A stretch of DNA of 64,000 bases from Octopus sinensis (taxonomy: Eukaryota): assembly GCF_006345805.1 (NCBI RefSeq), contig NC_043021.1:23622001-23686000 (forward strand), written 5' to 3'. Each line of letters opens with the position of its first letter. Position 1 is the first letter of the stretch. The position numbers and the translations under genes are program-made. This document shows, one piece after another, positions 11,921 to 24,478 of the stretch. The notes below the pieces were generated by a model, which was given only the letters and a program-made list of their open reading frames with translations, searched no databases and was not told the origin of the DNA.

Positions 11921-13633
11921 AAAGAGAAAACACTTGTCTCCTATAATGAGAATGAATGGCAAAGAGCCGACTCAGAAAATTTCTTTGATATTACCATGGG
12001 GTCATCAGATTCTGCGCAGGTGACTGACTTGGTTGGCCTGTATCTACTCTCGGAAGTTTGGAAAAGCTTCCCTAACCTTACTGGTGGATTATATAGGGAT
12101 GATGCCCTCTTTGCCGTGCGGGGCCTCTCTAAGACCGAATTAAACAGATTAAAGAAGTCGTTGAGAAGCTTCTCGAAAGATTTTTTAAATCTTGATATCA
12201 TCTACGACAGTAACTCTAGGGTAGTAAACTTCTTGGACGTTACCTTGTGTCTTAATACCGGTCTATACTATCCCTTTCGTAAGGCTAATAAATCGATAGT
12301 ATATATCAATGTGTCATCCAATCATCCGAAATCCACAATAGATAGTATCATAACTGCGATTTCAACTAGAATATCCAATTTATCTGCGAACGAAGAGATT
12401 TTTGAGCAACATGCACCAGTGTATAATAATGCCCTAAGTTTAAGTGGTTTCAAGTCTAAAATATTCTATATCCTTAATACTAGACTAAAAAACAGAATGG
12501 CTGGTTTGCCAATTGAGCAAGTTGCAATTACTACAGATAAATACAATAATAAATACTGTAATAATAATAGGTTTTTGAATAATAATTATTATAATAATAA
12601 TAATACGTCTAGGAATAATAAGAGGCCTTTAAATAATAATAATAATATGTTTAGGAATAATAATATGTTTAGGGATAACAGCAGTAAGGGTAGGTATAAG
12701 GAAATTAAAAATCCTGATAAGAAGTTAAACAAAACAGGAAGCTCACGGCCTAGAATAAGGGAAGTTATTTGGTTCGCTCCCCCTTTCTCCCTTAGAGTAA
12801 GGAATTTACCAAAACTATTTTTTAAGATTCTGAAGGAGAACTTCCCAAAGGACCACAAATATTATAGCATCTGCAATAAGTCGACAATAAAATTCTCCTA
12901 TTCTGTAATGCCTAACTTTGCTTCCATCATTGCTTCAATCAATAGAAGCAAGCTTACTAGGTGGAACGACAGAAAAAGTACCTTTGAGGATGACCAAGGA
13001 AATGTGGTTGATAATCCTGTAAAGCTGAGTACCAAAGCTATAAATGGTCTACCTTTACCGGACTCATCGAACCCATGTAATAAGGGTAGTTTAGAGGGAA
13101 GGAATGAGCGAAACCCGTCTGGAACAGGAGATAAAATAAGTAAAGATAATAATAGGAAAAAAATTAGGAAAAGCCCCGAAAAGACATGTAACTGTAGGAA
13201 ACCCAAATTATGTCCTTTGGGTGGTTCATGTCTGGTTACCAACGTAATATATAAATGTGTAGTTAAGGATGTAGATAATCTAAACAAATTTTATATAGGT
13301 AATACGATGGATTTTAAGGCGCGATATAGGTCACACATGAGCTCTTTTACTAACGAAAAATACTTTAACTCAACTACACTTGCATCGCATATACACAACC
13401 TGAGAAAGAACAATAAGAATTATTTCCTAGAATGGTCCATCATTTCTAAAATCCCAAACTTCAAGAGAAATATCAGCAAGTGTAGGCTTTGCATAAGGGA
13501 ATCACTTACCATCCTTAGGTGTTATGGACCGCACATTCTGAATAAATTTACGGACGCGATCCCCTTTTGCGTACATAAATTTTCTTCTACATTCCTGAAA
13601 ATCTACAGGAATAAAATAAATTGTAGTAAGTAA
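11921..13633 (+). CDS. Naiad PLE protein, C-terminal part of RT + CxCx5C linker + GIY-YIG endonuclease
   Basis: FFDITMGSSD, GLYRDDAL, NFLDVTL, YINVSSNHP, CNCRKPKLCPLGGSC, VIYKC..FYIGNT, KCRLC. No internal stop from about 11921 to 13633. Confidence 0.9.
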   Translation, partial: KEKTLVSYNENEWQRADSENFFDITMGSSDSAQVTDLVGLYLLSEVWKSFPNLTGGLYRDDALFAVRGLSKTELNRLKKSLRSFSKDFLNLDIIYDSNSRVVNFLDVTLCLNTGLYYPFRKANKSIVYINVSSNHPKSTIDSIITAISTRISNLSANEEIFEQHAPVYNNALSLSGFKSKIFYILNTRLKNRMAGLPIEQVAITTDKYNNKYCNNNRFLNNNYYNNNNTSRNNKRPLNNNNNMFRNNNMFRDNSSKGRYKEIKNPDKKLNKTGSSRPRIREVIWFAPPFSLRVRNLPKLFFKILKENFPKDHKYYSICNKSTIKFSYSVMPNFASIIASINRSKLTRWNDRKSTFEDDQGNVVDNPVKLSTKAINGLPLPDSSNPCNKGSLEGRNERNPSGTGDKISKDNNRKKIRKSPEKTCNCRKPKLCPLGGSCLVTNVIYKCVVKDVDNLNKFYIGNTMDFKARYRSHMSSFTNEKYFNSTTLASHIHNLRKNNKNYFLEWSIISKIPNFKRNISKCRLCIRESLTILRCYGPHILNKFTDAIPFCVHKFSSTFLKIYRNKINCSK

Positions 13634-14241
13634 TGGATTTACGAAAAGATAAGTTGTAAAAAAATAAAAATAACTGGTTTAGATATTGCAGGATTTGAAA
13701 CCTCGAAGGCTCAATTTAATTTAATTTAATTTTAACCCAATTAATTCAGTTTAATTTAGTTAAGTAAACCCATTCTTTTTGAGTATATAGAAAGTAAATA
13801 AATTGAAAAATAAAAGTATTTAAGTTTTGCAGGATTTGAAACCACGGAGGCTCATTTTAAGTCAATTTAGTTCAATTCTAATTAATTGGAATTAATTTGA
13901 TTTGAAATTTTTTTTTTTTTTACCGCTTCCTCTACTGCTTTAAAAGAAAAAAATTCTTCACTGCTTTGTCTTTTGGGCTATCTGTGCATGAATACCCAGT
14001 CTGTGTTTGTCATTTTGCTGTTTATTACCGGTTTGTGAATTTAACTATTGTTGCTTTGTTTTACATATTGTGTATTTTGGGTAAAAACTGTCAGTAGCCT
14101 TCGCGCGAAGGCTACGTATTTAATTCCCCCCTGCGGGGGAATTGTTTTGAAACAATTGTTGTGAAACAGTTTAAAACATACACAAAAGGCCTGTGAAGCC
14201 AAAATTTTTGAAGGCTTGTCAAAGCCAATTGAAAAGGCTTG

Positions 14242-15499
14242 TAAAGCCACATCTAGAGATGGAGACTCCTATCTCATACTCACCTGTATCAGGTGAAGAA
14301 AGTTCACCGGCGGTGACGCCAGAAAAAGAAGAGGCCCCAGCGAAGAAGTTCGCAGAAGTTGCAGGAAAAAAACAAAAGAAAATCAACACAGATAAGAGCA
14401 ACTTAGAAAAGTATGAAGCACTTTTGAAAAAGGAAGGAAATGAAATAGCAGTGGAATCAGACGTCAGAAAGAAAGAAGAAGTAGAAAAAAAAGGATTATC
14501 TACAAGACATACAATACAACGATGAAAAGCATTCAAAGAGTGGAGGAAAAAAAAAATAGAGGATTGTCTGAAGACAATAAGGAAAGACATTACGTATATA
14601 AACCGTGGCAGAAAGTTTGGAACAGTTGACGTGAGGTTTAGGACTGAGGAGATAGCCAAGAAGCTATCGACCGAACCTCAAAAAGCGGAGAATATAGTCC
14701 TTCTTCCCCTGTACAGAGGCAGAAGGACCTCAAAAATATTAATGAAAAATATTCCGCCAGAGGCGGACGCCACGTGCCTGGTGGCGGCAGTGATGTTGGG
14801 CCTAGAGGACAAGATCACTATCCTCCAGGCTACAGTAGAGGAGGAGGGGTTTTGGCAATTCAGGCGGAGGTCCAAACATTAGAAGAAATAACGGAGATAT
14901 TGAGGCTCAGCGAGGAGGAGAGGGTGCTAGTGTTTATGGAGGGCAGAAAGCCGAGGTGCTTCGGCTGTGGTAAAAAGGGGCACGTAAGAGCGGAGTGCCA
15001 ACCTAAACCGCAGGAAGCAGCACCGCCGGAAAAAGAAAAAACAGAAGAGAAAACAGAAGAGAAAACACCAGAAACTACAGAAACCAAAGAGGCAGCAGAA
15101 GCAACAAGTGGCGAAGAAAAGGAAAAAGAGGAGGGGTGGTCAAAAATTACCAAAAAAAAACGGAAAACAGAAACCACCCCTCAGAAGGAGAACCAAAAAA
15201 AGAGGAAAGAAGCGACTAATACATTTATGGCCATTAAGGCTACCAACAACAGGCTAGTTAATGTTTTGGCAGCCATGGCCAAAGTGGAAAAAATGAAAAA
15301 AACAAAAGACTGTATTGTTTATAAGATAGGCCGGAAGGATTACGGACGGATAAAATCCGAATTCTTTCACGACGTGGGCCCTCTGAGATTGGACATATCT
15401 CCATATTTATACGAGGGTCTGCGTCGGACTCCCCCACGAGCCAAGGAAAAAAATAAAAGCGAAGAAGACGACGAAAAACAAGTCGAACCACTGATATAA
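14242..15499 (+). CDS. LINE A ORF1 (RRM-like region + CCHC knuckle CFGCGKKGHVRAEC), two frameshifts
   Basis: Three overlapping frames (14193-14525, 14631-14882, 14774-15499), homologous to LINE B ORF1. Confidence 0.75.
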
Positions 15500-15507
15500 G
15501 GTAAGCT

Positions 15508-18500
15508 ATGGATTGCATTTATGTTAGTTGTTTAAATGTGCGCGGCCTGGGATCAAGCGGGAAGCAAGGTCGCTTCCTTAATGATATCAGGTCGCGTAAT
15601 TTGGATGTTATTGTTGCTACAGAAACCCGGTTAAAGGGGCCAAGTGGTCTACTCCCGCTGTTTGACGGCTACGAGAGTTTTTTCTCTCCGGCCAGTCCTA
15701 CAGGCGGGGGTGGGGTGTTGGTCCTATTAAAAAGAAAGCGGGTTTTTGAGAAAAAGTTAATTTTTTCAGACCCAGAAGGTAGGATGGTCGTCATGGATTT
15801 GACGTTCAGTAACGGTAAAGTTATCAGACTGGTTGCAATTTACGCACCCAACCATACAGGGCAAAGTGATTATTTTCGTGAACTAGAAAACTTTCTTGGT
15901 ACTTCACATTCATTAGTTGTGCTGGGAGACTTTAACACAATTTGCAAAGCGGATGTAGATTGTGTTGGCTCGCGTTCAGATAGAAAAGGTAACAGTGGCT
16001 TCATGGATCTGCTAAGCCGCTTTGAGCTAGCAGATCCTTATAGGTTGGAATTTCCGAACGCTCCATTGTGGACATGGTCAAACAGCGACGGATCTTCCAG
16101 GTCATACATAGATAGGATACTAATTAGAAAAGTAGACAGAAAAATAGCTAAGTGTCCACAGTTTTACATGGTCAGCTACAGTGATCATAAAATGGTCATC
16201 TGTAAGCTTGACATAGATAAGGTTAAAAATAGAGGCTCCGGTTACTGGAAACTTAATACGTCCCTTTTGGCGATTAAGGAGTACAGAGACCGGATTAGGA
16301 CTATAATTCAGAGGGCGCTGTCTGGTGCCATCATTAATAACAAATGGTGGTATGCCCTCAAGCGAGCCATCAAATTCGAGTCAATTAGATATAGCATAGG
16401 ATTAGTGGCTAGAGAGGCTAGGAGGGAATCTACTCTAGTTAAGGAATTAGAGGAAGCCTTGAAAACTGGCTCTGCGGTTCAGGTGGCGGCCAAGAGACTG
16501 GCGTTAAACCAGCACCTCGAGGCCAAACACATGGGCTGCATAGTCAGGGCTAGGATCCGCGCAATGGGTTGTGAAGGAATCAACGCCGTGAGATGGGCCC
16601 GAGTGGTGGAAGCTCAGCGTGGTAACGACGCCACGATTCGATCTATGACGAACCAACAAGGTGAGTTGATAAACGAGCCCGAGGAGATGTGTGAGGCCTT
16701 TCAGGAGCACTTCGCTCAGCTTTTCGGTGAATGCGGCGGACTGGACAGGAGGAGGACCTTTACGGACCTCCTCGACGGTCTTCCGCGCTTATCGGGGCGA
16801 GATGCGGAGGGCTGTGAAGGGCCAATCACGCCTGGGGAGGTGGTTGAGGCGATGGCGGACTGCGGCGCGGGCAAAGCGCCGGGTTTAGATGGTCTACCCT
16901 ACGAGTTATATAAGAGTATGCCAGACTTGTTCGGGCACCTACTGGTGGAGGTCTATGCGAACTGGCAGCAGAACGGGTTCATACCCAGATCTGTGCGCCG
17001 GGGAGTAGTGACACTCGTCAGAAAGGACCCGAGCAAGGGAGAGTGCATTGATAATTTTAGGCCCATCACTCTGCTAAACACAGAGTTGAAGATTTTGGCC
17101 AAAGTGTTATCGAAAAGATTGGCGCGTGTCGCGGATGGTCTGATCGGGGAGGCACAGACATGTGCCGTTCCCAGCAGAACCATTCAGGATAATCTCCATC
17201 TTATGCGGTACACTATAGAGGGGTTTAATAGTGATTCTGGCAAGGGTGGGGCACTGGTCCATTTAGACCAATCTAAAGCGTTCGATAGGGTCGACCATCG
17301 CTACCTGGTATCTGCCCTGGCACAGTTCGGGCTGGGCCTTGGCTTCCTCAGGTGGATTATCCAAATTTACGACAACATCGACATTGGTAGTTCGGGTGAA
17401 CGGCTTCTTGTCGAAGCCGTTCAGCATCAAGCGCTCGGTTCGTCAAGGGTGTCCGCTCTCCCCGCTTTTGTACGTGATGGCTCTTGAGCCATTACTGCGA
17501 AAACTGAGCGGCATCCCGAGACAGCCAGGTAGTGGAAAATCGGTGTCAGCGTACGCGGATGACATCACCATCATCGTAACCGAAATGGATCACCTACGTA
17601 AAGTAGGCAAGGCCATAGAGGTTTACGAGACGGTGACAGGAGCAAAAGTTAATCGCGAAAAGTCAGTCGGCTTGCAACTCGGCACCTGGAGAGGCAAGTC
17701 GATGCCTCCTGACAGCGTCGTGGGACGTTGGGCGGAGGGTCCGATTAAGTTGCTAGGGGTTTGGTTCGGTCCAGACCTCCAAATAGAGAAGAATTGGGGC
17801 GAGGTATCGAGCAGGGTGGCTGCAGTAACCAAGACCTGGTCTTGGCGGTGGCTATCCCTGAAAGGGAAGGCGGAGGTAGCCAATGTGTTTATCGCATCGG
17901 TTATCACCTACCGCCTTTCCGTCGTTCCTTGCCCTGATTCGTGGTTGATCAAGTTGGAAAGACAGCTCTTCTACTTCTTGTGGAAGGGCGGGAAACCACT
18001 TGTGAAACGCTCTACTTGCTGTCAACAACCTTTAAAGGGTGGGCTAGGGATGCCTTGGCTGATGATGCGCAGACATGCGCTGAGGTTAAGACATCTGTGG
18101 CTCTACCTGGATGGTGAACGGGTGTGGTCTCCGCTAGCAAAACTGATGTTTCCCAAGTTCACTAGTTTCGGTGGATGGGAAACCTGGCTGAATCGTAGAT
18201 CGAAACTAGGCACATGGTACACGGAGTGTCGCAAGGCTCTCCTGCTATTCCGTCGCTCGGGCAATGCCTGCGGTGGGGGTTCCACCACATTCTTCTATAG
18301 AGGGTTGGTAGAGGCGGAATGTGAAGATACCTTGGGGGAAACCCTGGGTCTCGACGATAATCAGCTGGCCAGTCTGTTCCGACGTACGTTCGAGCCGAAG
18401 ACACTGGACAACTTCCAGAAGTCTCTGGCATGGCAATGCTACAGAGGAGCTCTACCTGTTCGGGATAAACTCGCAAGGCACGGTGGCCAAGACAGTCCGA

Positions 18501-18904
18501 TATGTCCAAGATGCGGGCGGGATAGGGAAACCGTCCCGCACGCTATTGTTCATTGTTCGGTCGTGTCTGAGGTGTGGGTTTATGCCGAACAGCTGTTGTC
18601 AAGCACACGAAGAGTACAGCTGTCGACTGAGTCTATTACAAAAATTGACCCACCAGATTTCCTCGCGAAAGAAGGTAAGAATTGTTTTCTCGTTGTGGTA
18701 GCAATTGCGAAAGAGGTGATATGGAAGACGAGAATGAAAGGTTTACGGTCAGGCAAGTTCATAACCGGCCCTGGTTTGATGAATTACTTCATCTTTCACC
18801 TGAAAAGGAAGATAGCGCTGGAGAGAAAATGCCTGACTAAGAGAGTGTATGAAGAACGATGGAAGGATGTAGCACGAAAGTTGCGAATGGATGACACCAC
18901 ATAA
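15508..18904 (+). CDS. LINE A ORF2: APE endonuclease + RT + zf-RVT, one frameshift near 17380
   Basis: LNVRG, ATET, LGDFN, YIDRI, SDHK; APGLDG, FRPITLLN, LDQSKAFDRV, RQGCPLSP, AYADD; CPRC...ETVPHAIVHC. Confidence 0.93.
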
Positions 18905-19231
18905 ATGTAAAACAAGACGAAACCAAAGTATCAGTGGTGAGGCGGGGCTCGTGGGGTCCGAGCTAAACCCGCCCCCACTCCATCCGTAATGTCTTCCGGT
19001 CTGTTCTTCATTCGATTTTATATTTTTGTATTTTTGTGAATTTTTAATCTCATCTTTTTTGTAACTCCATCCGAGAATCTGACCCCACATCAGGTTGTAT
19101 TGTCCCCTCTATGTTCGCCCCTTGTGGGTAATAATAAAACATATCCGTGCATGAATACCAAAGTGGGAAAGCAAACAACACCGTACGGGCCTGGTGCGTG
19201 ATGGCTATCTTTGCGTTTATATATATATATT

Positions 19232-19316
19232 TTTTTCCCCTGACGAAGGAGGTATTATCTGAATGCACCCTAGTGCTTTAAACATAATACACCCCTGAAA
19301 TGGCCATAGGGATAAG
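19232..19316 (+). ncRNA. Type I hammerhead ribozyme of the Naiad 3' UTR, with a long branched stem II
   Basis: UUCCC-CUGACGA-AGG.G.GUAUUAU...GCAC(CCUA)GUGC...AUAAUAC..CCCU-GAAA-UGGCCA-UA-GGGA; canonical core, AUA triplet at 19306-19308. Confidence 0.8.
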
Positions 19317-19403
19317 TAAACATGATTTCCTTCTTATATATAAGGCTTATTTTACCTGATTAAGATTTCTATACGATGAACATTATTTTACTTTATTTAC
19401 ACG

Positions 19404-19434
<31 letters not shown>

Positions 19435-19862
19435 TACATGCTCCTAAATGTATATATATTTATATATGTTTTATATATTTTTATATGCCTATATTTTTAT
19501 ATACCTATATATTTTTATATATTACTTATATTATATTTTACTTTCTACGTCCTTTTATAAATGTATTCTCTTTGAATCTCTAGAATATTAATTCTAAGTT
19601 TTAATGATGAGAATTTTTCTCGCACCATACCATATTATTATTATTACGTGCTGTACATATGAATTTTGTTCCATCTTGCGGGTTATATGTTTATTCTATA
19701 ATTAAATGTTCGAATTATGAAATGACATGCGGTTGACTTTGTATTTGCTTGTTCAATGATTTTAGTTTGATATTTTTGTCTCTTCCAATAGAGCACTTCT
19801 ATTGCAGTCCTATTAAACCTTTTTTTGTTCCTGACAAGAAACAATTATTGTATCGATATACA

Positions 19863-19898
<36 letters not shown>

Positions 19899-20339
19899 TG
19901 TATATAGCTAATGAGAAATATCCTCTATTAAGTAATTTAATTGAGAGTGAAAGATATTATCTATATTAAATCATATAGAAAAAAGTGAAATATATTATAA
20001 TAAATACCATTCTAAAAATCACTAAATGAAATAGACATTAAACTGACTACGCGCGTTTCGTGACCATATATTTATAACGATATTTATAACTATATTTATA
20101 AGGCGGCGAGCTGGTAGAAACGTTAGCACGCCGGGCGAAATTCGTAGCCGTATTTCGTCTGTCGTTACGTTCCGAGTTCAAATTCCGCCGAGGTCTTTGC
20201 CTTTCATCCTTTGTGGGTCGATAAATTAAGTACCAGTTACGCACTGGGGTCGATGTAGTCGACTTAATCCGTTTGTCTGTCCTTGTTTGTCCACTCTGTG
20301 TTTAGCCTCTTGTGGGTAGTAAAGAAATACATATATTTA

Positions 20340-21350
20340 TAACGATAATAATAAAATCGATGATATCAAAATTCGATTTAAAAATACAGCAACTCTTCAG
20401 GTCTAAATTAATAAAATAAATGTATGTATCTTAACCTATAATAATTAACAAATAAATATAGAAATATATGTATCGTAACAATAAATAATCAAATAAAATG
20501 TAACAATATTAATGAAAAATAAAATCATAACTTATTTCATTGAAGAATACCAGTTAACTGAAATTTTAAACGTTAAAGTTAGAACCTAGCGTTGCTAAGA
20601 AATTCATCAGGTGAAAAGATGACGTAAATAATAACTATAGATTAAATAAATGGAAATGTGTATTTTAGCGGTGAAAATAACAAATAAACTAGATTTAATA
20701 TACCAATTACTGGGAAAAATTCTAAATTCTCAATAATATAAAACTAAAACATTTTACGTAAAATACATAAAATAAACTAAATTTCGATAAATTAATATAT
20801 ATTCATCAATTTATTTATTCGTTTTATAAACACCTTGGTTTAATCTTATTCTAGTTAGGTTCATGCACTACATAATCTACGGCTGATTTATACTCATTAC
20901 GAATTATAACTGCATAAATTAGTAACATAAATCAGGGTTTATAGATATACACAAATTAGCTAAATTTATTATTTCAGTAATTTAACATATGTCTACATTT
21001 AGTATTTCTCCCATCTTATAATTTGTTGATCTGATGAGCTAGACTTCTATATCTGCATTGGTTTGTTTATAAAATGTACAATAGTTCTTTTATAGCATCC
21101 AAACGATTGCAGGCATGTAAAGTAATATATTATACACTAAAATAAATCATTTCTACATGATGTTGACTGCGAGATGAATGTTATCCTATGGATATCAAGT
21201 GGTGCGATAAATATATTCATCTCGTACCTCCTGACTTTCTTTAGAGTCTACATACTCTTCATGAAATAATCCTCCTTCATTAGGTTGACTGCATTACAAC
21301 TGCATAAGACTCTACATTACACTCCTACGTATTGGTTTCCTATGTAGTTT
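20340..21350 (-). mobile_element. Degenerate Naiad-like 3' end and UTR, inverted relative to 24350-24478
   Basis: KMGEILN terminus and ACATAAATCAGGGTTTATAGATATACACAAATTAGC shared in reverse complement with 24430-24475. Confidence 0.55.
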
Positions 21351-22793
21351 GTGGTCCGGTCCACTAAAGGGGATTTTTTTGTGATTACCACCGAATTATA
21401 TACATGCGTATATTGTGAATTAAATATGAGTATGTTTGGGAATGAATGTGTGTTTGTATGTGTGTGTGTATGCGTGTGTATGTGTGTGAGTGTATATATG
21501 TGTATATGTGTAAGTATAGTGCCTGTTTACGCACTATGATTCTATGAGTATCACTAGCAGAGATATCGCTGCTGACTCCAGCAGTGGAGCTTCTATAATT
21601 AACAAAGTCAGTGAAGACCGAAATCCCGTTATCTGGAAGTTTCGGTGGTGGCGATGGCAAGTGAGTTATCTCCCCGCTCGCAATATAAAGAAGAGTGCTT
21701 TTATACACTAAAAGCCAATATCAGAGTTCTCTCATGGTAACTATCGCAGTAATTTTTGTTTTAAAACAACATCCACTTTTAAATAAGGATCAATATTCCT
21801 TCTTTGCTATTCATACTGCTTCTGTCGCTAATAATGATCTTAAAAGCCTACTGGCTATTTCCGACACCAGTGCTTGTTTAGACACTGTGATTCTATGTAT
21901 GTCCCTAGCAGAGATGGTTCTAATGACTAAATTTGAGTAAAATAAAATCATTATTCTTCAATCAGTGCTCAAATTATATATTTATTTAAAGCTTAAATCA
22001 TATTTTAGTATAAATGTACCTTAATCCGTTACCTGACAGAATTGTCAGCACCGCCAGACATAATGCCTAGCAGTATTTCATATCTCTTTACGCTCTCAGT
22101 TCAAATCCCACCGGGGTCAACTTAGCCTTTCATCTTTTCGAAGTCGATAAAATGAGTACCAGTTGGATACTGGGGCTGGATGTAATCGACTGGCCCCCAC
22201 CCGCCAAAATAGCTGCTTTCGAATCAAAATTTGAGACTTATACAAATGTCTGGCTTGCGCCCTTATTTTCGACAGCGGATACGTCTTCCATAAGGTAGAG
22301 GACCGGCAGAATTGATAAAGCATCGAGTTGAATGATTCACAAAATTCTTTTCAGTTCCCTCCACTTTCAGGTCAAATCCTGCCAAGCTCAACCATTCCCT
22401 TTTTATTATAATGGGGGTCGATAAATAACATGCAAATTCAGTCATGGAGTGCATTTTTCTCTCTTCCCTCTGCTTATTCTAGAGACGAAAATGGCTTAAA
22501 CTGATGTTTAGAACTGAAAAGGGTTATCCTCTGCCAAATTTAAAACTTCTTGGACCCACATTTTGGATAGGCTGACATGAGCTACGCAACAATAATCACA
22601 CAGAGAAGTGGTTCCTGGTTTGCGTAAGTTTGTTTTTAATTACAGTGCACTTTAGAAATAAATAAGAAATATTTCGACACACGCTGTAAATATAGCCAAA
22701 GGCAATGCAAAATAAATAATTGTAAGTTTCGTGTTTGTATTAATATATATGAATTTTTCAGTTACTATACGTTGGTTTACGTATATATATATA

Positions 22794-23799
22794 CTAGCAT
22801 TAAAGACCCGTCGTTGCCGGGCCGTAGTGCTAGTGCATGTTTATATGTGTCTATATATGTGTACATATTACATGTACATCTATATATATACATCTACACA
22901 TAAAATGCAAAATACAAAGTTATATCTTGATATCGCTAGTGATAACAATACTGAATTGTTAGCCCGTCTCTTGTAATTTCGATCAATTGTATCTTGTCCT
23001 CCCTTTTGTATAGAAGTGTGGTTACAATCCAGCCTACCTCTACTTCTGGGGGGAGGCATTTAAAAATGTTTCTGGGATGTCCTACGTCCCAGATATAAAG
23101 GTAAAAATAAAATATATTTCCACTTTGCAAGTTCGAGTCGAGTACTCCCTTGCACGCTCCGTTGACTCGAAACTTGCTTCTATTTTAGAAAATTTACCGC
23201 CTCTGATTAGATATCTTTCATAGTCGCCCCAAGACACTTTTCGAAGGTGCTTTCCTCCATGTGTTCAAATCTTCTTTTTTCTCTACATTGTATACTTTAT
23301 AGACAATAGTCTTTTCTTTAATTTAATTTTTTATTATCCATCTGAACTATTCCATTTCTGCACGCTAATTTTATTTTTTAATTTATTCCCATTCATGTGA
23401 AACCAATTATTCTAGTTCAAATCATTGATGCAATTTTATACCAATTGCTATTTTTACTTTTGTTATGTTACGATTATATTAAACTTTAGTTTGATTTTCA
23501 TTATTACTTACTACATATAATTCAATTGTTATTATTATTTTTATTGTTAAAGTGAAAGCATCTGAAATAAAATAGAGAAATATTTTTGTTTCACTTTTAA
23601 CACGTAATACTGAAATAGTTGAGAAGATATGATATTGCTATGGGCTCGCTCTAGGCAAGAAGTTAACATTTTTTTGCCCATGAAATTACTGGAACCTAAG
23701 TGAGCATGTGTAAAATTTGAATGAAATTGGTTGTGTAGTTCTTAAGTTATAGGGAAACACACAGACAGACACACATTCTCAGATTTATATATATAAAGA
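22794..23799 (-). mobile_element. Non-autonomous Helitron-like element
   Basis: 5' A|TCTTTATATATATAAATC, 3' hairpin CCCG-GCAACGA-CGGG followed by CTAG|T, inserted at AT within (TA)n. Confidence 0.75.
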
Positions 23800-23862
23800 T
23801 ATATATATACATGTATATAAAGATTGCCTGAAACCATGCATGGTACAGGAAATACAGTGTAA

Positions 23863-24478
23863 ATGTTTTTCTTTTTCATTCCCTATATATTAATAATAGT
23901 AGGGGTTTTAATAATAGGTATTATGATAATAATGCCTATTAACAAATTAAAGAATTATTCCATTAATAATAGAGACCAAAATATTATTAATTGTACATGC
24001 AGAGATAAGACAAAATGTAAATTTATAAATAAATGTTATTTGGATGATGTAATATGTAAAAGTTTAGTGAGTTTGATTGATGATAATATTAATAGGATTA
24101 ATTATAATTGAAATGCGATTTACGTGGGATCAACTTCTAATAAAATTAAATTTAAGGTTGACTCAACATATGCATTCATTTAAGAATAAAACATTGATTA
24201 ATTCTATTGGCCTTAGCAAATATATATGGGAATTAAAATCTAAAGGAATTAGGTATAATTTAAATTGGGAGATAATTTGTAAAACTAAATCTTATCGAAT
24301 AGATAATAAGGTTTGTTTATTATGAGCAATTGAATTTATGGAGATATTACTATCTCATAATAAAAAATTGATAATTCCCAAGATGGGAGAAATATTAAAT
24401 ATAGACATAGGTTAATTACTTATATAATAAGTTTAGCTAATTTGTGTATATCTATAAACCCTGATTTATGTTACTAAT
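23863..24478 (+). mobile_element. Naiad-type PLE fragment (CxCx5C linker + GIY-YIG), degenerate
   Basis: CTCRDKTKC, IYVGST, RLTQH..SFKN, LSKYIWELK, LNWEII, CLL[TGA]AIE. Confidence 0.8.

Larger units (their letters stand above)
13997..19141 (+). mobile_element. Full-length Tx1/L1-clade LINE (LINE A) with an 18-bp target-site duplication
   Basis: TSD TATCTGTGCATGAATACC (13979-13996) and TATCCGTGCATGAATACC (19142-19159); ORF1 and ORF2 present. Confidence 0.93.
11731..19763 (+). mobile_element. Naiad-type Penelope-like element, 5'-truncated, with a 5' inverted pLTR segment (11731-11928 = reverse complement of 19566-19763); interrupted by a LINE at 13997-19141
   Basis: Open ORF to 13633, ~200-bp inverted terminal segment and a hammerhead in the 3' UTR. 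Confidence 0.88.

Noticed and set aside
13984-19215. SECIS-like AUGA...AAA...UGAU in the Naiad 3' UTR after removing LINE A
   Set aside because: Helices pair poorly, and the visible ORF has no in-frame TGA to recode.
22936-23300. Possible captured gene fragment inside the Helitron
   Set aside because: Short frames with stops and no recognisable motif.
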